A DNA stretch of 64,000 nt. Source: Octopus vulgaris. Lineage: Eukaryota. The position numbers were made by a program, and so were the translations under genes. Below are positions 1 to 11,242 of the stretch, in pieces. How positions within the stretch are numbered: position 1 is the first letter of the stretch; each line of letters starts with the position of its first letter. The notes under the pieces were generated by a model. The model had not been told where the DNA came from, did no database searches, and was given only the letters and a program-made list of their open reading frames with translations. The stretch covers positions 74,152,001 through 74,216,000 of the forward strand of contig OX597826.1 of assembly GCA_951406725.2 (NCBI GenBank), written 5' to 3'.

Positions 1-505
1 TGTTGTAATACTTACTATAGGACTAGGAGATATTATCTGGAAAAAAGTTTGTGACTGTAACTAGAGTCCCGGTAGGCAGTTATGATACAATAAATAAGAA
101 TAAAGCAATTCAGGGTGGCCAGATCACGTAAGAGGCATTGTTAGTCCGACTTGCTAATTATGAATCGCATAACTGTCAAGTTTTATCGGAATTGTTCTTT
201 AACGAATGTATTGTATTTATTTACAGCTGACACGTGATACATGCTTTGGTTAATTTTAGCCACTACGACCAGGCCATGCTAGAGCACTCACCGCCTTTAT
301 GTAATGCATTCTTATCGGAAACTAAACTAAAATAGAAATCGTGATTTAAAACAACAAACACCCTGTTTATCAAATAATTCATTGTAATATTCTTGCGAAA
401 ATTCATACCTAGACATATTCCATTATATCCCAAAGACATGGATGTCCTTAGAAGACCTTCAGCTCACTCATTTATCACAAATATTTTGCCTGTAATAATA
501 ACAAC

Positions 506-903
506 GGGGTTCATTCGAAAGATCCCTCTAGAGTAATGTTACTCGTCAGGGTGCGTATTTCGGAGGTTAAGGAGTTTTCCCAGGTCGAGTCGCTACTTCT
601 CCATAATTGAGAGGTCATATCTCCGGTACATCGGACATGTGATTAGAATGTCGCAAGAAAGAACGGCAAGGCAGATTCTTCCTGCTGATCCAACCGGTAG
701 GAGACCTAGGAACTGATCAAGAACGAGATGGCTGGATAATATTCATTGCCTCAATTGGTCACGCTTGGGAATCCAACCGAAAAATGTAACGATGGTTGCT
801 TTTGAAGGATGCTATGGAGTAAGATGCCTGATGACTCTACCCCTACAACTCTCCCAGGAATAATGGGTAGAGAAGATGGATAGAGGGGTGGATGGATGGA
901 TGG
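506..903 (+). mobile_element. 3' fragment of an RTE-clade LINE (Rex3/Expander-like) with (GATG)n tail
   Basis: Translates, with disruptions, as ...LLLH/IERSYLRYIGHVIRMSQERTARQILPADPTGRRPRN*SRTRWLDNIHCLNWSRLGIQP, resembling the RTE/Rex3 ORF C-terminus (LRWxGHxxRM...PTGRRPRGRPRTRW). Ends in gatggatggatgg. Confidence 0.8.
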
Positions 904-2216
904 TTTTAGCAGGGACAAGACCTACTCAGACGAAGTATATTTCCTGGTTATTTCTAAGACACAATACAATATTATTTTTACTTTCCCAAGAATAAAAATC
1001 TTCACTATTTTTCTCAAATTAAGAACTTGCAATTAAATGTACGAAGGGAAAAAGTTAAGTCGAATTTAAAACGATTTTATGCCTTATAAGGTTTTCGCGG
1101 TGACCACCCTCAGTCATCTAAACAAAAGGAAAAGTTCACACTTTAAAATCTTCTGCTTGTCGTCGCTTCTTTTTTTTTTCGACTTGTCAACACCGAATCA
1201 TGAGTGCTAATTGACCGTAATACTTTAAGCATGTATTTGTGTCTGTTATATACCACTTAACCTACTGAAATAGTCGACAGTATACATGTGACACCAAACT
1301 GGCCATGTAACTTCTTTAATGATTGTTAATGTCTCCAGACAAAGTTGTTGCCAGGGAGATAATGGTTCTGGAACCCGAGTCATCGTCCTATACAACAAAC
1401 GGTGGCTTCGAAAACTTCCATAAGTATAGAGAAACAAACCCAGGTTGGTATGTGTGATCGGATTAAAATTTAGCGTGTGAAGAGAGATTAAATGACAGTT
1501 TTGTACATTACATACTTGTCGGTAATGAAATAATGAGTCAACCCCTACTTATTTGATGTCAAGACCTCGTGTTTAAACTCTGATAAATACCGGACTCAAA
1601 TGAACTCATCCACTCTACCAATTAGTGTTTGTGTTTTATACCAACCAAACCACTCACTGTTTCAGCACATGCTCTCAAATGGTAAACACTCATTTCAACA
1701 ACTCACTTTTGATTCTTAACACTTAATTAAATTGTATTATTCCAAGAACGTTAGTGTGTATGAGTTTGCGTATGTATGGTAGAGATAAATGGATAGATAG
1801 ATAGATAGATAGAGAGATAGAGAGAGAGAGAGAGAGGTGGGGAGACTTCGGTTTGTTAGGTTTCTATTGCCTATGGTCAACAGTTGGTCAACAGAGCATA
1901 CACAACAGTACTTAGTGTTTGAGGCTTTGGTGGCGGAATAATCCCCATAATTAAGAACGTTATTTGAACTGATTTCTTCTTTAAATACCAACCTGCCTTA
2001 GAACTTTCATTAATTAGCCATCTAACACTGATTGCACTTTACCTTTCAAGGAGTCTTGCTAATTAAAAGTGACAGAAAACTTCAAATGTGTTGTGACAAG
2101 TTCTTTTTTCTTTCTTTTTTTTCAAGTCGAACTTCTTCTGCTAGGGCTTGGCTAGAATTACAAAATCTACAAAAATTGCTGTTTGTTACATTATTATTAT
2201 TATTATACATTGAATG

Positions 2217-2436
2217 TAAGGCGTCGAGCTGGAAGAATCGTTAGAGCACTGGCCAAAAGGCTTGGCGGCATTTCTTCCATTTTTTACGTTCTGAGTTCAA
2301 ACTCCGCCAAGGTCGACTTTCTCTTTCACCCCTTCGAAGCCGATAGAATAAGTATCAATTGAGCAATGAGGTAGATGTAATCGACTAGCCCCCTTCCCGA
2401 AAATCCCTGGCATTGTGCCTATAATAAACAAGATTA
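2217..2436 (+). mobile_element. tRNA-derived SINE, family C (Meta-domain-like core)
   Basis: Head aaggcgtcgagctggaagaatcgttag, B-box-like gagttcaaact, core gtcgactttctctttcacccct..gatagaataagtatc. Related copies near 22705-22860(-), 30180-30380(-), 35150-35360(-), 46310-46400(-), 51045-51290(-), 56484-56675(+), 57965-58165(+). The domain name is an inference. Confidence 0.8.
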
Positions 2437-3156
2437 CATTATGACTTCTTCCACCTTTTAGATATTCTCGTTGCAAGCAACAGAACATCAAACCAAGCTT
2501 CACGGGAAAAAAGAAAAATAATTATTTTCTTAGATAAAAGCCATGATGTGATATTACGTTTGTTTACGTTATTAGTGATGAGGTGGGGACATGCAGTTTC
2601 TTTGGCACCATTTATCCATCCTAAAGAATCATAATCTTATTGATTAGTTTCACTTTTGATGAGAAACAAAATTGTACATCTTAGGAGGAGATGAAACGGA
2701 ATTTTTCAGCGAGCCTGCCATTTCTAAACGTTAATTCTAAACGTACATAAAAGTGGAAATCGTTTGATTACGATAGGAAACAAGACCTTAGTATCGACTC
2801 ACAATGATCTTACTGCATGTTGTCACGTGAAGATGTTACAGTTTCATACACATCTTACTATCGATGTAGATCAATATCTTCAATAATAAACATCACAGTA
2901 CACTTTTGTTTCAGCAGTGTCAACAGCATTTTAGTCGATGTTTTTTCATTTTTTTCTGAGCGTGACAATTATATAAACTGATGAATAAAGGTAGTAAATT
3001 TTAGTGGTGTTAGCACTCTCAGCATTAAGTTTGAAGTTTGAGCAGAAGTACCCGAGTGGAAAACGCGACTAGAAAATTTAAAATACAAAAAAAAAAAAAA
3101 AAAATGATTCTTTCCTGTTATTAACGACCAATTTTGCTTTAGAGTTATATATTTAA

Positions 3157-3345
3157 GAGATGAGGAATTATGTACATTATTTACATTTGACGGATATTTG
3201 CCCTCATCTTTTTTGTTGTTAACATAACATTTCGGCTGATATACCCTCCAGCCTTCATCAGGTATCTCGGGGAAATTTCGAACTTGGGTTCTCATTCCTA
3301 AGGTATTTTACGATGTTGTTGTTGTTGTTGTTGTTATTATAATTA
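3157..3345 (-). mobile_element. Short dispersed element carrying a minimal hammerhead motif (Penelope-like/retrozyme-type)
   Basis: Minus strand CTGATGA-a-ggctg-gagggtatat-cagcc-GAAA at 3261-3230. A second copy of the same element lies at ~38815-38998. Confidence 0.7.
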
Positions 3346-4041
3346 TATGTGGGGGATGTGCAATTTTGATTTATTTAATAAAGGATTACCAAACAAACTA
3401 TTGCACTCTTAAGACGCGTGAAATAGTAGATCAGCGGACTTTCGGAACAGCCATCACTTTCTCATAAACAAGGAAAAGAGAAAGAAACCAGATAATTGTC
3501 TTTTTGTGCAAAAAGATTTTTTGACCAGATATTGATTTAAAAAAATAAAAACATTTTTGCCATCAAATTACGCATCCTTTTCCGGTACATTTTTACTGGA
3601 ACTTTTCTTCTGGAGGTAGATATGTATCCCGAAAGTTCGCCGACCAACTAACTACTCGTAATAGTTTATTTACGAATCCTTTTGTAAATTAAAAAAAAAT
3701 TCGCTGGAAGCACCGAAGAACTATCGTTTAGTGCTGGATGCTTGAGAAGGAAATGATGTATCCTTAATGCAATTTTGGTAATAATAACAGTTTTAAAATG
3801 TGGAGTGAGTAAAATATCACAAAAGCATCTGACGGATATTATAATAATGCACCGGACTAGAGACTTCACCACCTCTCTTTCCCTTCCACCTACCTATCTT
3901 CCTCTCTCTCTCTTTCAAACTTTTCCTTATACCTAATTTCACTATGACCGATTACACAAGTGTTATTAATAAATTAGGTAAGCAAGAGGAATGTTTCGTT
4001 TACTGATGAACTGTTCAATTACGAAATATAAATCTAAGAAA

Positions 4042-5081
4042 GGTGTATTTTCCGGTATACAAGTCGACGTGGTACGAGGGGTGCCGAAAAGGAACCGGAG
4101 ACGTTCTCTGTGGGACAAGCCCTTTGTAGTTCATGCTTCCGCCGCTAGAAGCCACTTGATATAACTCTCAGGCATCAGTTTGCCGACAGGAGTCGTCGGC
4201 TGTAGCTGTACTGCCACGTGATGGTTTTGCAGTGCCTCTCCCTTGTTCGTCGATTTTTGTGATGCTGAAAACGAAGGAACCGATTGCTTCTGAGAAATTC
4301 TGTTTTCTGCCGAGGAAAACAGCGGCTAAAACAGTTGTCAAGCTTCAAACAGCTTACAAAGACACTGCCATGAGCAATACACAAGTTTACAAGTGGTTTT
4401 TACGCTTGAAGACCAACTTCGTTCAGGATGACCGTCGACCTCCCGAACGAATGAAAACATCATGAAAATTCACGAACTGATCTTGGAGGACCGTCACCGA
4501 ACAATTGACGAACTTGTTGTTATGACTGGTGTGTCCTGGAGCTCCTGCCAACGTATTTTGAGCGAGGAATTGCGACAAAATTTGTGCCTCACTTGCTCAC
4601 GGAAGATCAAAAACAGTCACGACTGAATGTGTATCGTGAACCGAAAGCGCAGTTGGAAGTTGATACAGATCTTTTTTCGAAGGTCATCATTGGTGACGAA
4701 AGCTGGTGCTACGGAATTTGAAGACGGAGGCGTTAAAAGCATCACTTCGTGAGAGATCCAGCACTTCTTCGAACAGTGAAAAACGCTCCTGGACAGATGC
4801 ATTACTTCAAATGGAGAATACTTAGAAGGCGATAAAAGTGTAAACATATAAAACTAGGTGAATAAAATAATATTGCAAAATTGCGGTTTCTTTTGGGTTG
4901 TCCCTCGTGTAAACATGGAGCATAAACATTCAAACATCGTCAGTATCTTTCGAAATCCTGTTGCTTTTTCACGTAGAAGTTTTTGTCCTCCAAACTCATC
5001 TTGTTGTATAAGTCGAGCTGCCTTTTTTCGGCTGTAAATTGTGGTCAGAAAAAATTCGACTTGTATGTCAAAAATACGGTA
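4042..5081. mobile_element. pogo/Tc2-like MITE, host of the nested mariner
   Basis: Ends gtattttccggtatacaagtcga and tcgacttgtatgtcaaaaatacggta are inverted repeats. The right arm matches, in reverse complement, another copy at ~23700-23850. Confidence 0.7.
4075..4907 (+). mobile_element. Internally deleted mariner element (transposase pseudogene)
   Basis: TA-cgaggggtgccgaaaaggaaccg ... cggtttcttttgggttgtccctcg TIRs. Translated pieces include KFCFLPRKTAAKT..AYKDTAMSNTQVYKWF, KFVPHLLTEDQK, VIIGDESWCYG and RCITSNGEYLEG. The catalytic middle is deleted. Confidence 0.9.
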
Positions 5082-5800
5082 TATTTAATGAATTAAGAAA
5101 AGAAGTGGAGAAAAATATTTCTAGTGGCGTCTTTTCGACTGGGAAGAAAATCATCTTTAATTTTCCGATGATGGATTTCTTGAAATTTGATAGAAATTCA
5201 ATCGTTTTCTGAAATTAATTTTAGTAAAATCTTCGTACAATATTATAAAGTGCATAATGCGTATTCTCTGTCTATTCATCATATCAGCACTGTACATTAC
5301 TGAGGACCAAGCCTTTGTGTTATCTGGTCTGAACAGACGCATGCATAGCCGTCCCACAATATTAGTTGGGTTAGGGTTAGGTAAACATAAAATATTTTGC
5401 TTCTTTTTCTTGAGAAATCTGAATATCCATTGCAAATAAGAGATATCAGTCAACTGACTAAAAGAAAGCAGGAAACTCTTATTTGTTTTACCTTTTATAT
5501 AATTTTGTTTTCAAAGCAACTTGCCATATATCTGAAAGTAACGTATAAGAGATTTGGAGTCAGCTGACTTTCGGTGTATAGTGACAGTCGAAAAAAAAAA
5601 AAGAATCCGTCAAAGGTTTCTTTAACGCCAGGTTAAACAACTGAAGATGTACGGAAATAGACTGGACAATGCAATAAAAGCAATGTATCCAAACTACCAC
5701 ACTGCCAGTGGCCCAGCAACAAAATTTGCTAAGGGGGTGCAAACCCAGGTCCTAATTTTTTTAATGAAAAATGTGGATATAATAATAATTTTTATTATTA

Positions 5801-6215
5801 TGAGGATTGGCTGAAATGTTCATAATCTGAGCAAGACACTCTCAATGGAATGTGACCAAATGAAGTTCATTTTCTAACATAGTTCCTCTTACTGTCCACA
5901 CGCTTCCATTAGTAGTTGCAGTGCTTGGGTCGCACTGGTGAAAAAGCTTTTCTGATGATCAAAATGGTCATCAACAGATAAGATGTTCTGGTGCTCAGCT
6001 GAGTGTTTTTCTATGTTGGGAAACAGATGATAACCAGAAGGAACCAAATCACTAACATAGGGAGCATGATCAGCCAGTTCAAAGTCAGTCACATACAGCA
6101 GCCATTGAAACCAAGGACTTGTGTGCTGAAGCATTGTCCTAATGAAACAAGTTTTCATCAGTTTTTCTGGGTGTTTGGTCTTGATAGCCTTTCATAACTG
6201 CCTTAGGAAGTTGGT
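5801..6215 (-). mobile_element. Degenerate mariner 3' fragment nested in the hAT element
   Basis: ORF 5889-6158 contains HAPYVSDLVPSGYHLFPNIEKH, a decayed HPPYSPDLAPSDYHLF motif. TIR-like tgaggattggctgaaatgttcata at the left edge. Confidence 0.75.
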
Positions 6216-6595
6216 ATTGAAATTTTCCATTGATGGTGTGATCATTTTGAAGATAGCCAATAAACACAATATTTTTTGCATTAATGCATAGTATATGCAA
6301 TAATGTGAAGTATATTTTGCATATTAAAATGTTTAATTTTGGAAATGTATCAAGCAAAGCTAAAATAAGCAGTAAAAATACAAATTGCAAGTATTTCAAA
6401 CTGTGGGACACTACATGACAAAAACTAACAAAAAAAAGGAAGAAAATAGTGGTGCTTGTGTTCCAAATGTACAATGAGAAGGCGCAGGAGAATGATAGAG
6501 AGATGGGGTCGAGGAAAGGAAGTTAGAAGGAAAGAAAAGAATGAAAAGTGAAACGATAAATTGAGGATCTGAAATGAGTACTAGGCAGGAAATTG

Positions 6596-6785
6596 GCCCC
6601 TGTGCCGGTGGCACGTAAAAACAGCACCCACTACAATCTCAGAGTGGTTGGCGTTAGGAAGGGCATCCAGCTGTAGAAACACTGCCAGATCAGACTGGAG
6701 CCTGGTGCAGCCTCCTGGCTTCCCAGGACCAAATCGAACCATTCAACCTATTCTAGCATAGAAAATGGACATTAAACGATGATGT
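6596..6785 (+). mobile_element. SINE family B (GGTGGCACGTAAAA..GCACC core, (GAT)n tail)
   Basis: gtggttggcgttaggaagggcatccagctgtagaaac...ggacattaaacgatgatg. Other copies near 21565-21770(-), 22863-22973(+), 25520-25776(+), 31223-31512(-), 34735-34908(+), 46855-47092(-). Confidence 0.85.
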
Positions 6786-7084
6786 CTTACCTATGCACTG
6801 GTCAAGTAGAAAAATGATGAGTGACAAAAAATTAGATTGTCTTTTGTTACCAAAAAAGTGAAGAAAGAGAGTAGAGAAGGTTAGGGAAGAGCAAGTAGGA
6901 AGAAAGAGAGAGTGCGGAGAAATAAGGGAATAAAGATAGACAGTAGGTAGTTGACAGAGATGGACAGAGGAAGAAATGGAAGGCAGTAAAGAGAGAAAAA
7001 CAGCAGATAGGTAGAGAGGTAGATAGAGGGGAGAGGAGAAGGACAGAGAAATAGATAGAAAAGAGACAGTCTTGCACCAAATAT

Positions 7085-10000
7085 TTCTCAGGAAGTTTTC
7101 GACCAAATTTTCCGACAGTCAGAAAATCCTCGGAACTTCCAAGGAGATTTTCGACCTAATTTTCCGGAAATCAGAAAATTCTCGGAACTTCCCAGGAAGT
7201 TTTCGACCAAATTTCCCGGAAATCAGAAAAACCTCGGAGCTTCCAGGGAGGTTTTTGACCAAATTTTCCGGGAGTAAGAAAATCCTCGGAACTTCCCCGG
7301 AAGTTTTCTACCAAATTTCCCGAAAGAGAGAAATCATCGGAACTTCCCAGGTAGCTTTCGACCAAATTCCCGGAAGACAGAAAAGCCTCGGAACTTCCCT
7401 GCTAGTTTTCGACCAAATTCTCCGGATGTAAGAAAATCCTCGGAAGTCTTCGACCAAATTCCCCAGAAGACAGAAAATCCTCGGAACTACCCAGGAAGTT
7501 TTCGACTAAATTTTCCGGAAGTTAGAAAATCATCGGAACTTCCCCGGAAGTCTTCGACAAAATATTCCGAAAGATAGAAAATCCTCGGAACTTCCCAAGA
7601 GGTTATCGAGCAAATTTTTCCTCGGAACTTCCTAGGATGTTTTCGACCAAATGCTCCGGAAGTAAAAAATCCTCGGAACTTCCATGGAAGTTTTCGAACA
7701 AATGTTCCGGAAGCCACAAAATCCTCGGAAATTCCCAGGAAGTTTTCGACCAAATTTCCCAGAAGTCAGAAAATCTTAGGAAATCCCAGGAAATGTTCGA
7801 CCAAATTTTCTGGAAGTTAGAAAATCTTCGGAACTTCCTCGTAAGTTTTCGACCAAATTTTCCGGAAGTCAGAAATTAATCGGAACTTCCCAGGAAGTTT
7901 TCGACCAAATTTCCCGGAAGTCACAAAATCTTCGGAACATCTCAGGAAGTTTCGACCAATTTCCCCGGAAGTTAGAACTTCTCCGGAAGTTTTCGACCAA
8001 ATTTGCCGTAAGATAGAAAATCCTCGGAAATTCACAGGAGGTTTTCGACCAAATTTTCCGAAAGACACAAAATCACCGGAACTTCCCAGGTTTTCGAACA
8101 AATTTTCTGGAAGTCAGAAAATCCTCGGAACTTCCCATGAAGTTTTCGACCAAACTTTCTGGAAGTCAGAAAATCATCGGAACTTCCAAGGAAGTTTTCG
8201 ACCAAGCTTTCTGGAAGTCAGAAAATACTCGGAACTTCCCAGGAAGTTTTCGACCAAATTTTCCGTTCGATAGAAAATCCTAGGAACTTCCCATGAGGTT
8301 TTCGACCAAATTTACCGTAAGATAAAATACTCGAAACACCCCAGGAAGTTTTCGACCAAATTTTCCGTACGATAAAAAAATCCTCGGAACTTCCCATGTA
8401 GTTTTCGACCAAACTTTCTGGAAGCCAGAAATTCCTCGGAACTTCCCATGAAGTTTTCGACCAAACTTTATGGAAGTCAGAAAATACTCGGAAGTTCCCA
8501 TGAAGTTTTCGACCAAATTCTCCGCACGATAGAAAATCGCCGGAAATTTCTAGGAAGTTTTCGACCAAATTTCCCGAAAGGAGGAAATCCCTGGAACTTA
8601 CCAGGAGGTTTTCGACCAATTTTCCCAGAAGGCAGAAAATCCTCGGAACTTCCCACGATTTTCGACCAAACTTTCCGGAAGTCAGAAAATCCTCGGAACT
8701 TCCCCGTCAGTTTTCGACCAAATTTCCCGAAAGGCAGGAAACCCCCGGAACTTCCCAGGTGGTTTTCGACCAAATTTACCAGAAGGCAAATTTACAGAAG
8801 GAATTCCTCGGAACTTCCCACGATTTTCCGACCAAACTTTCCGGAAGTCAGAAAGTCCTCGGAACCTCCCAGGAAGTTTTCGACCAAATTTTCCGTTCGA
8901 TAGAAAATCATCGGAACTTCCCATGAGGTTTTCGACCAAATTTACCTTAAGATAGAAAATCCTCGGAACATCCCAGGAAGTTTTCGACCAAATTTCCCAG
9001 AAGGCAGAAAATCCTCGGAACTTCCCATGAATTTTCGACCAAACTTTCCGGAAGTCAGAAATCCTCGGAACTTCCCAGGAAGTTTTCGACCAAATTTCCG
9101 TACGATAGAAAATCATCGGAACATCCCAGGAAGTTTTCGACCAAATTTTCCGTTCGATAGAAAATCCTAGGAACTTCCCATGAGCTTTTCGACCAAATTT
9201 ACCGTAAGATAGAAAATCCTCGAAACACCCCAGGAAGTTTTCGACCAAATTTTCCGTACGATAAAAAATCCTCGGAACTTCCCATGTAGTTTTCGACCAA
9301 ACTTTCTGGAAGCCAGAAATTCCTCGGAACTTCCCATGAAGTTTTCGACCAAACTTTATGGAAGTCAGAAAATACTCGGAAGTTCCCATGAAGTTTTCGA
9401 CCAAATTCTCCGCACGATAGAAAATCGCCGGAAATTTCTAGGAAGTTTTCGACCAAATTTCCCGAAAGGAGGAAATCCCTGGAACTTACCAGGAGGTTTT
9501 CGACCAATTTTCCCAGAAGGCAGAAAATCCTCGGAACTTCCCACGATTTTCGACCAAACTTTCCGGAAGTCAGAAAATCCTCGGAACTTCCCCGTCAGTT
9601 TTCGACCAAATTTCCCGAAAGGCAGGAAACCCCCGGAACTTCCCAGGTGGTTTTCGACCAAATTTACCAGAAGGCAAATTTACAGAAGGAATTCCTCGGA
9701 ACTTCCCACGATTTTCCGACCAAACTTTCCGGAAGTCAGAAAATCCTCGGAACCTCCCAGGAAGTTTTCGACCAAATTTTCCGTTCGATAGAAAATCATC
9801 GGAACTTCCCATGAGGTTTTCGACCAAATTTACCTTAAGATAGAAAATCCTCGGAACCCCCAGGAAGTTTTCGACCAAATTTCCCAGAAGGCAGAAAATC
9901 CTCGGAACTTTCCATGAATCTTCGACCAAACTTTCCGGAAGTCAGAAATCCTCGGAACTTCCCAGGAAGTTTTCGACCAAATTTCCGTACGATAGAAAAT

Positions 10001-10440
10001 CATCGGAACATCCCAGGAAGTTTTCGACAAAATTTCCCGGAAGGCAGAGAATCCTCGGAACTTCCCATGAATTTTTCGACCAAACTTTCTGGAAGTCAGA
10101 AAATCCTCGCGTCCCAGGAAGTTTTCGACAAAATTTCCCGTGCGATAGAAAAATCCACGGAATTTCCCAGGAAGTTTTCGACGAAATTTCCCGGAAGGCA
10201 GAAAATCCTAAGAACTTCCCAGGAAGATTTCGATCAAATTTCCCTGAAGTCAGAAAAATCTTCGGAACTTCCCAGGAAATTTTCGACCAAATTTTCTGGA
10301 AATCAGAAATTCATCGGAATTTCCCAGGAAGTTTTCGACCAAATTTCCCGGTAGTCAGAAAACTTCGGAACTTTTTCGACTAAATTTCGTGGAAGTTAGA
10401 AAATCTTCGGAACTTCCTAGGAAGTTTTCGACCAAATTTC
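7085..10440. repeat. Tandem satellite, ~52-bp monomer, roughly 64 copies
   Basis: Consensus cccaggaagttttcgaccaaattttccggaagtcagaaaatcctcggaactt repeated head to tail. Copy number estimated from length/52. Contains an 888-bp higher-order duplication. Confidence 0.97.
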
Positions 10441-10903
10441 GTGAGGTGGTTTTTGCACGTTTTATAGCAATATAATTGGAATACTATTTGGTACAGATGC
10501 TACTTTGCTTCAGAAGTTGGTTTGTCATAAATTCCCTTGGGAATTTTAAGCCCAGCTTCATCACTTTTATTTATTTATTTTTGTTCTTTGTTTTTGCTTT
10601 GAAACGAAATCTAGCTTCAAGCATCTTATACGGATAATTTTTTAGACACTATTTTCTGAAACTGGTAAGATTATGTAGGGGGTGCAAATTTTGATCTTGC
10701 ACCACCTGAAAATTCCAAGAGGTGCAGGTGCACCCGCTGCACCCCCTGTTCCGGGCCCTTGCACACTGCGTCCCATGTAATTCACCAGTGCCACGTCGGA
10801 GTGCACAGTATGGTCCTCAGTTTGGCAGAGATACTGCGGATCGTGCCTAATCGTGCCATAAGACTGTCTCACCAGAGTTGACCAGAAACTGCATAACAAC
10901 AAT

Positions 10904-11242
10904 CTGAGACCTCTTCCGTCACGAGACAGACCATAGGATTGCACCTAGAAAGTTACCCTCCCAGGCACAAGTCCAGGCAAGGTTGTTTTATGGAAGACCA
11001 GCAGTCGCCCATGCATACCGGCCTCCCCTCTCCACGCCACCAGTGTTATCCAAGGGAAAGGCAACAGCTGATACAGCTTGGCACCTGTGACGTCGCAACT
11101 CATTTCTACAGCTGAGTGAACTGGGGCAATGTGAAATAAAGTGTCTTGCTCAAGAACACAACACGCAGCCCGATCCGGGATTCGAGCCCACAACCTCACG
11201 GTCGTAAGCCCGACGCTCTAACCACTGAGCCATGCGCCTTCA
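10904..11242 (-). mobile_element. Full-length tRNA-derived SINE, family D, with TSD
   Basis: Minus-strand head gaaggcgcatggctcagtggttagagcg...ggctcgaatccc (A and B boxes), then core tgtgttcttgagcaagacact. Flanked by cataacaacaat at 10892-10903 and 11243-11254. Confidence 0.9.

Larger units (their letters stand above)
5706..10761. mobile_element. Non-autonomous hAT-type DNA transposon carrying a satellite array
   Basis: Perfect 8-bp direct repeat CACACTGC at 5698-5705 and 10762-10769. Imperfect TIRs CAGTGGCCCAGCAAC versus reverse-complement CAAGGGCCCGGAAC. Subterminal GGGGGTGCA motifs at 5733-5741, 10678-10686 and inverted at 10738-10746. No hAT transposase inside. Confidence 0.8.

Noticed and set aside
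1244-1721. Possible solo LTR (TGTTA...TAACA)
   Set aside because: No matching TSD and no second copy in the window.
2575-2800. Possible very old mariner 3' remnant
   Set aside because: Only a faint motif resemblance; no frame or TIR could be established.
5257-5439. Signal-peptide-like ORF MRILCLFIISALY... and nearby ttagggttagg
   Set aside because: Short, with no supporting exon chain, and two telomere-like units are not an array.
7072-10354. Many overlapping 60-240 aa ORFs (KFGRK/WSKTSW repeats)
   Set aside because: They are translations of a 52-bp satellite whose period is not a multiple of three, and they are open on both strands.
7085-10440. CRISPR-like appearance of the regular palindromic repeat
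   Set aside because: The variable parts are diverged copies of one another rather than unique spacers, there are no cas genes, and the context is eukaryotic.
11160-11242. tRNA-like sequences
   Set aside because: They are SINE heads that continue into SINE cores, with no complete cloverleaf.
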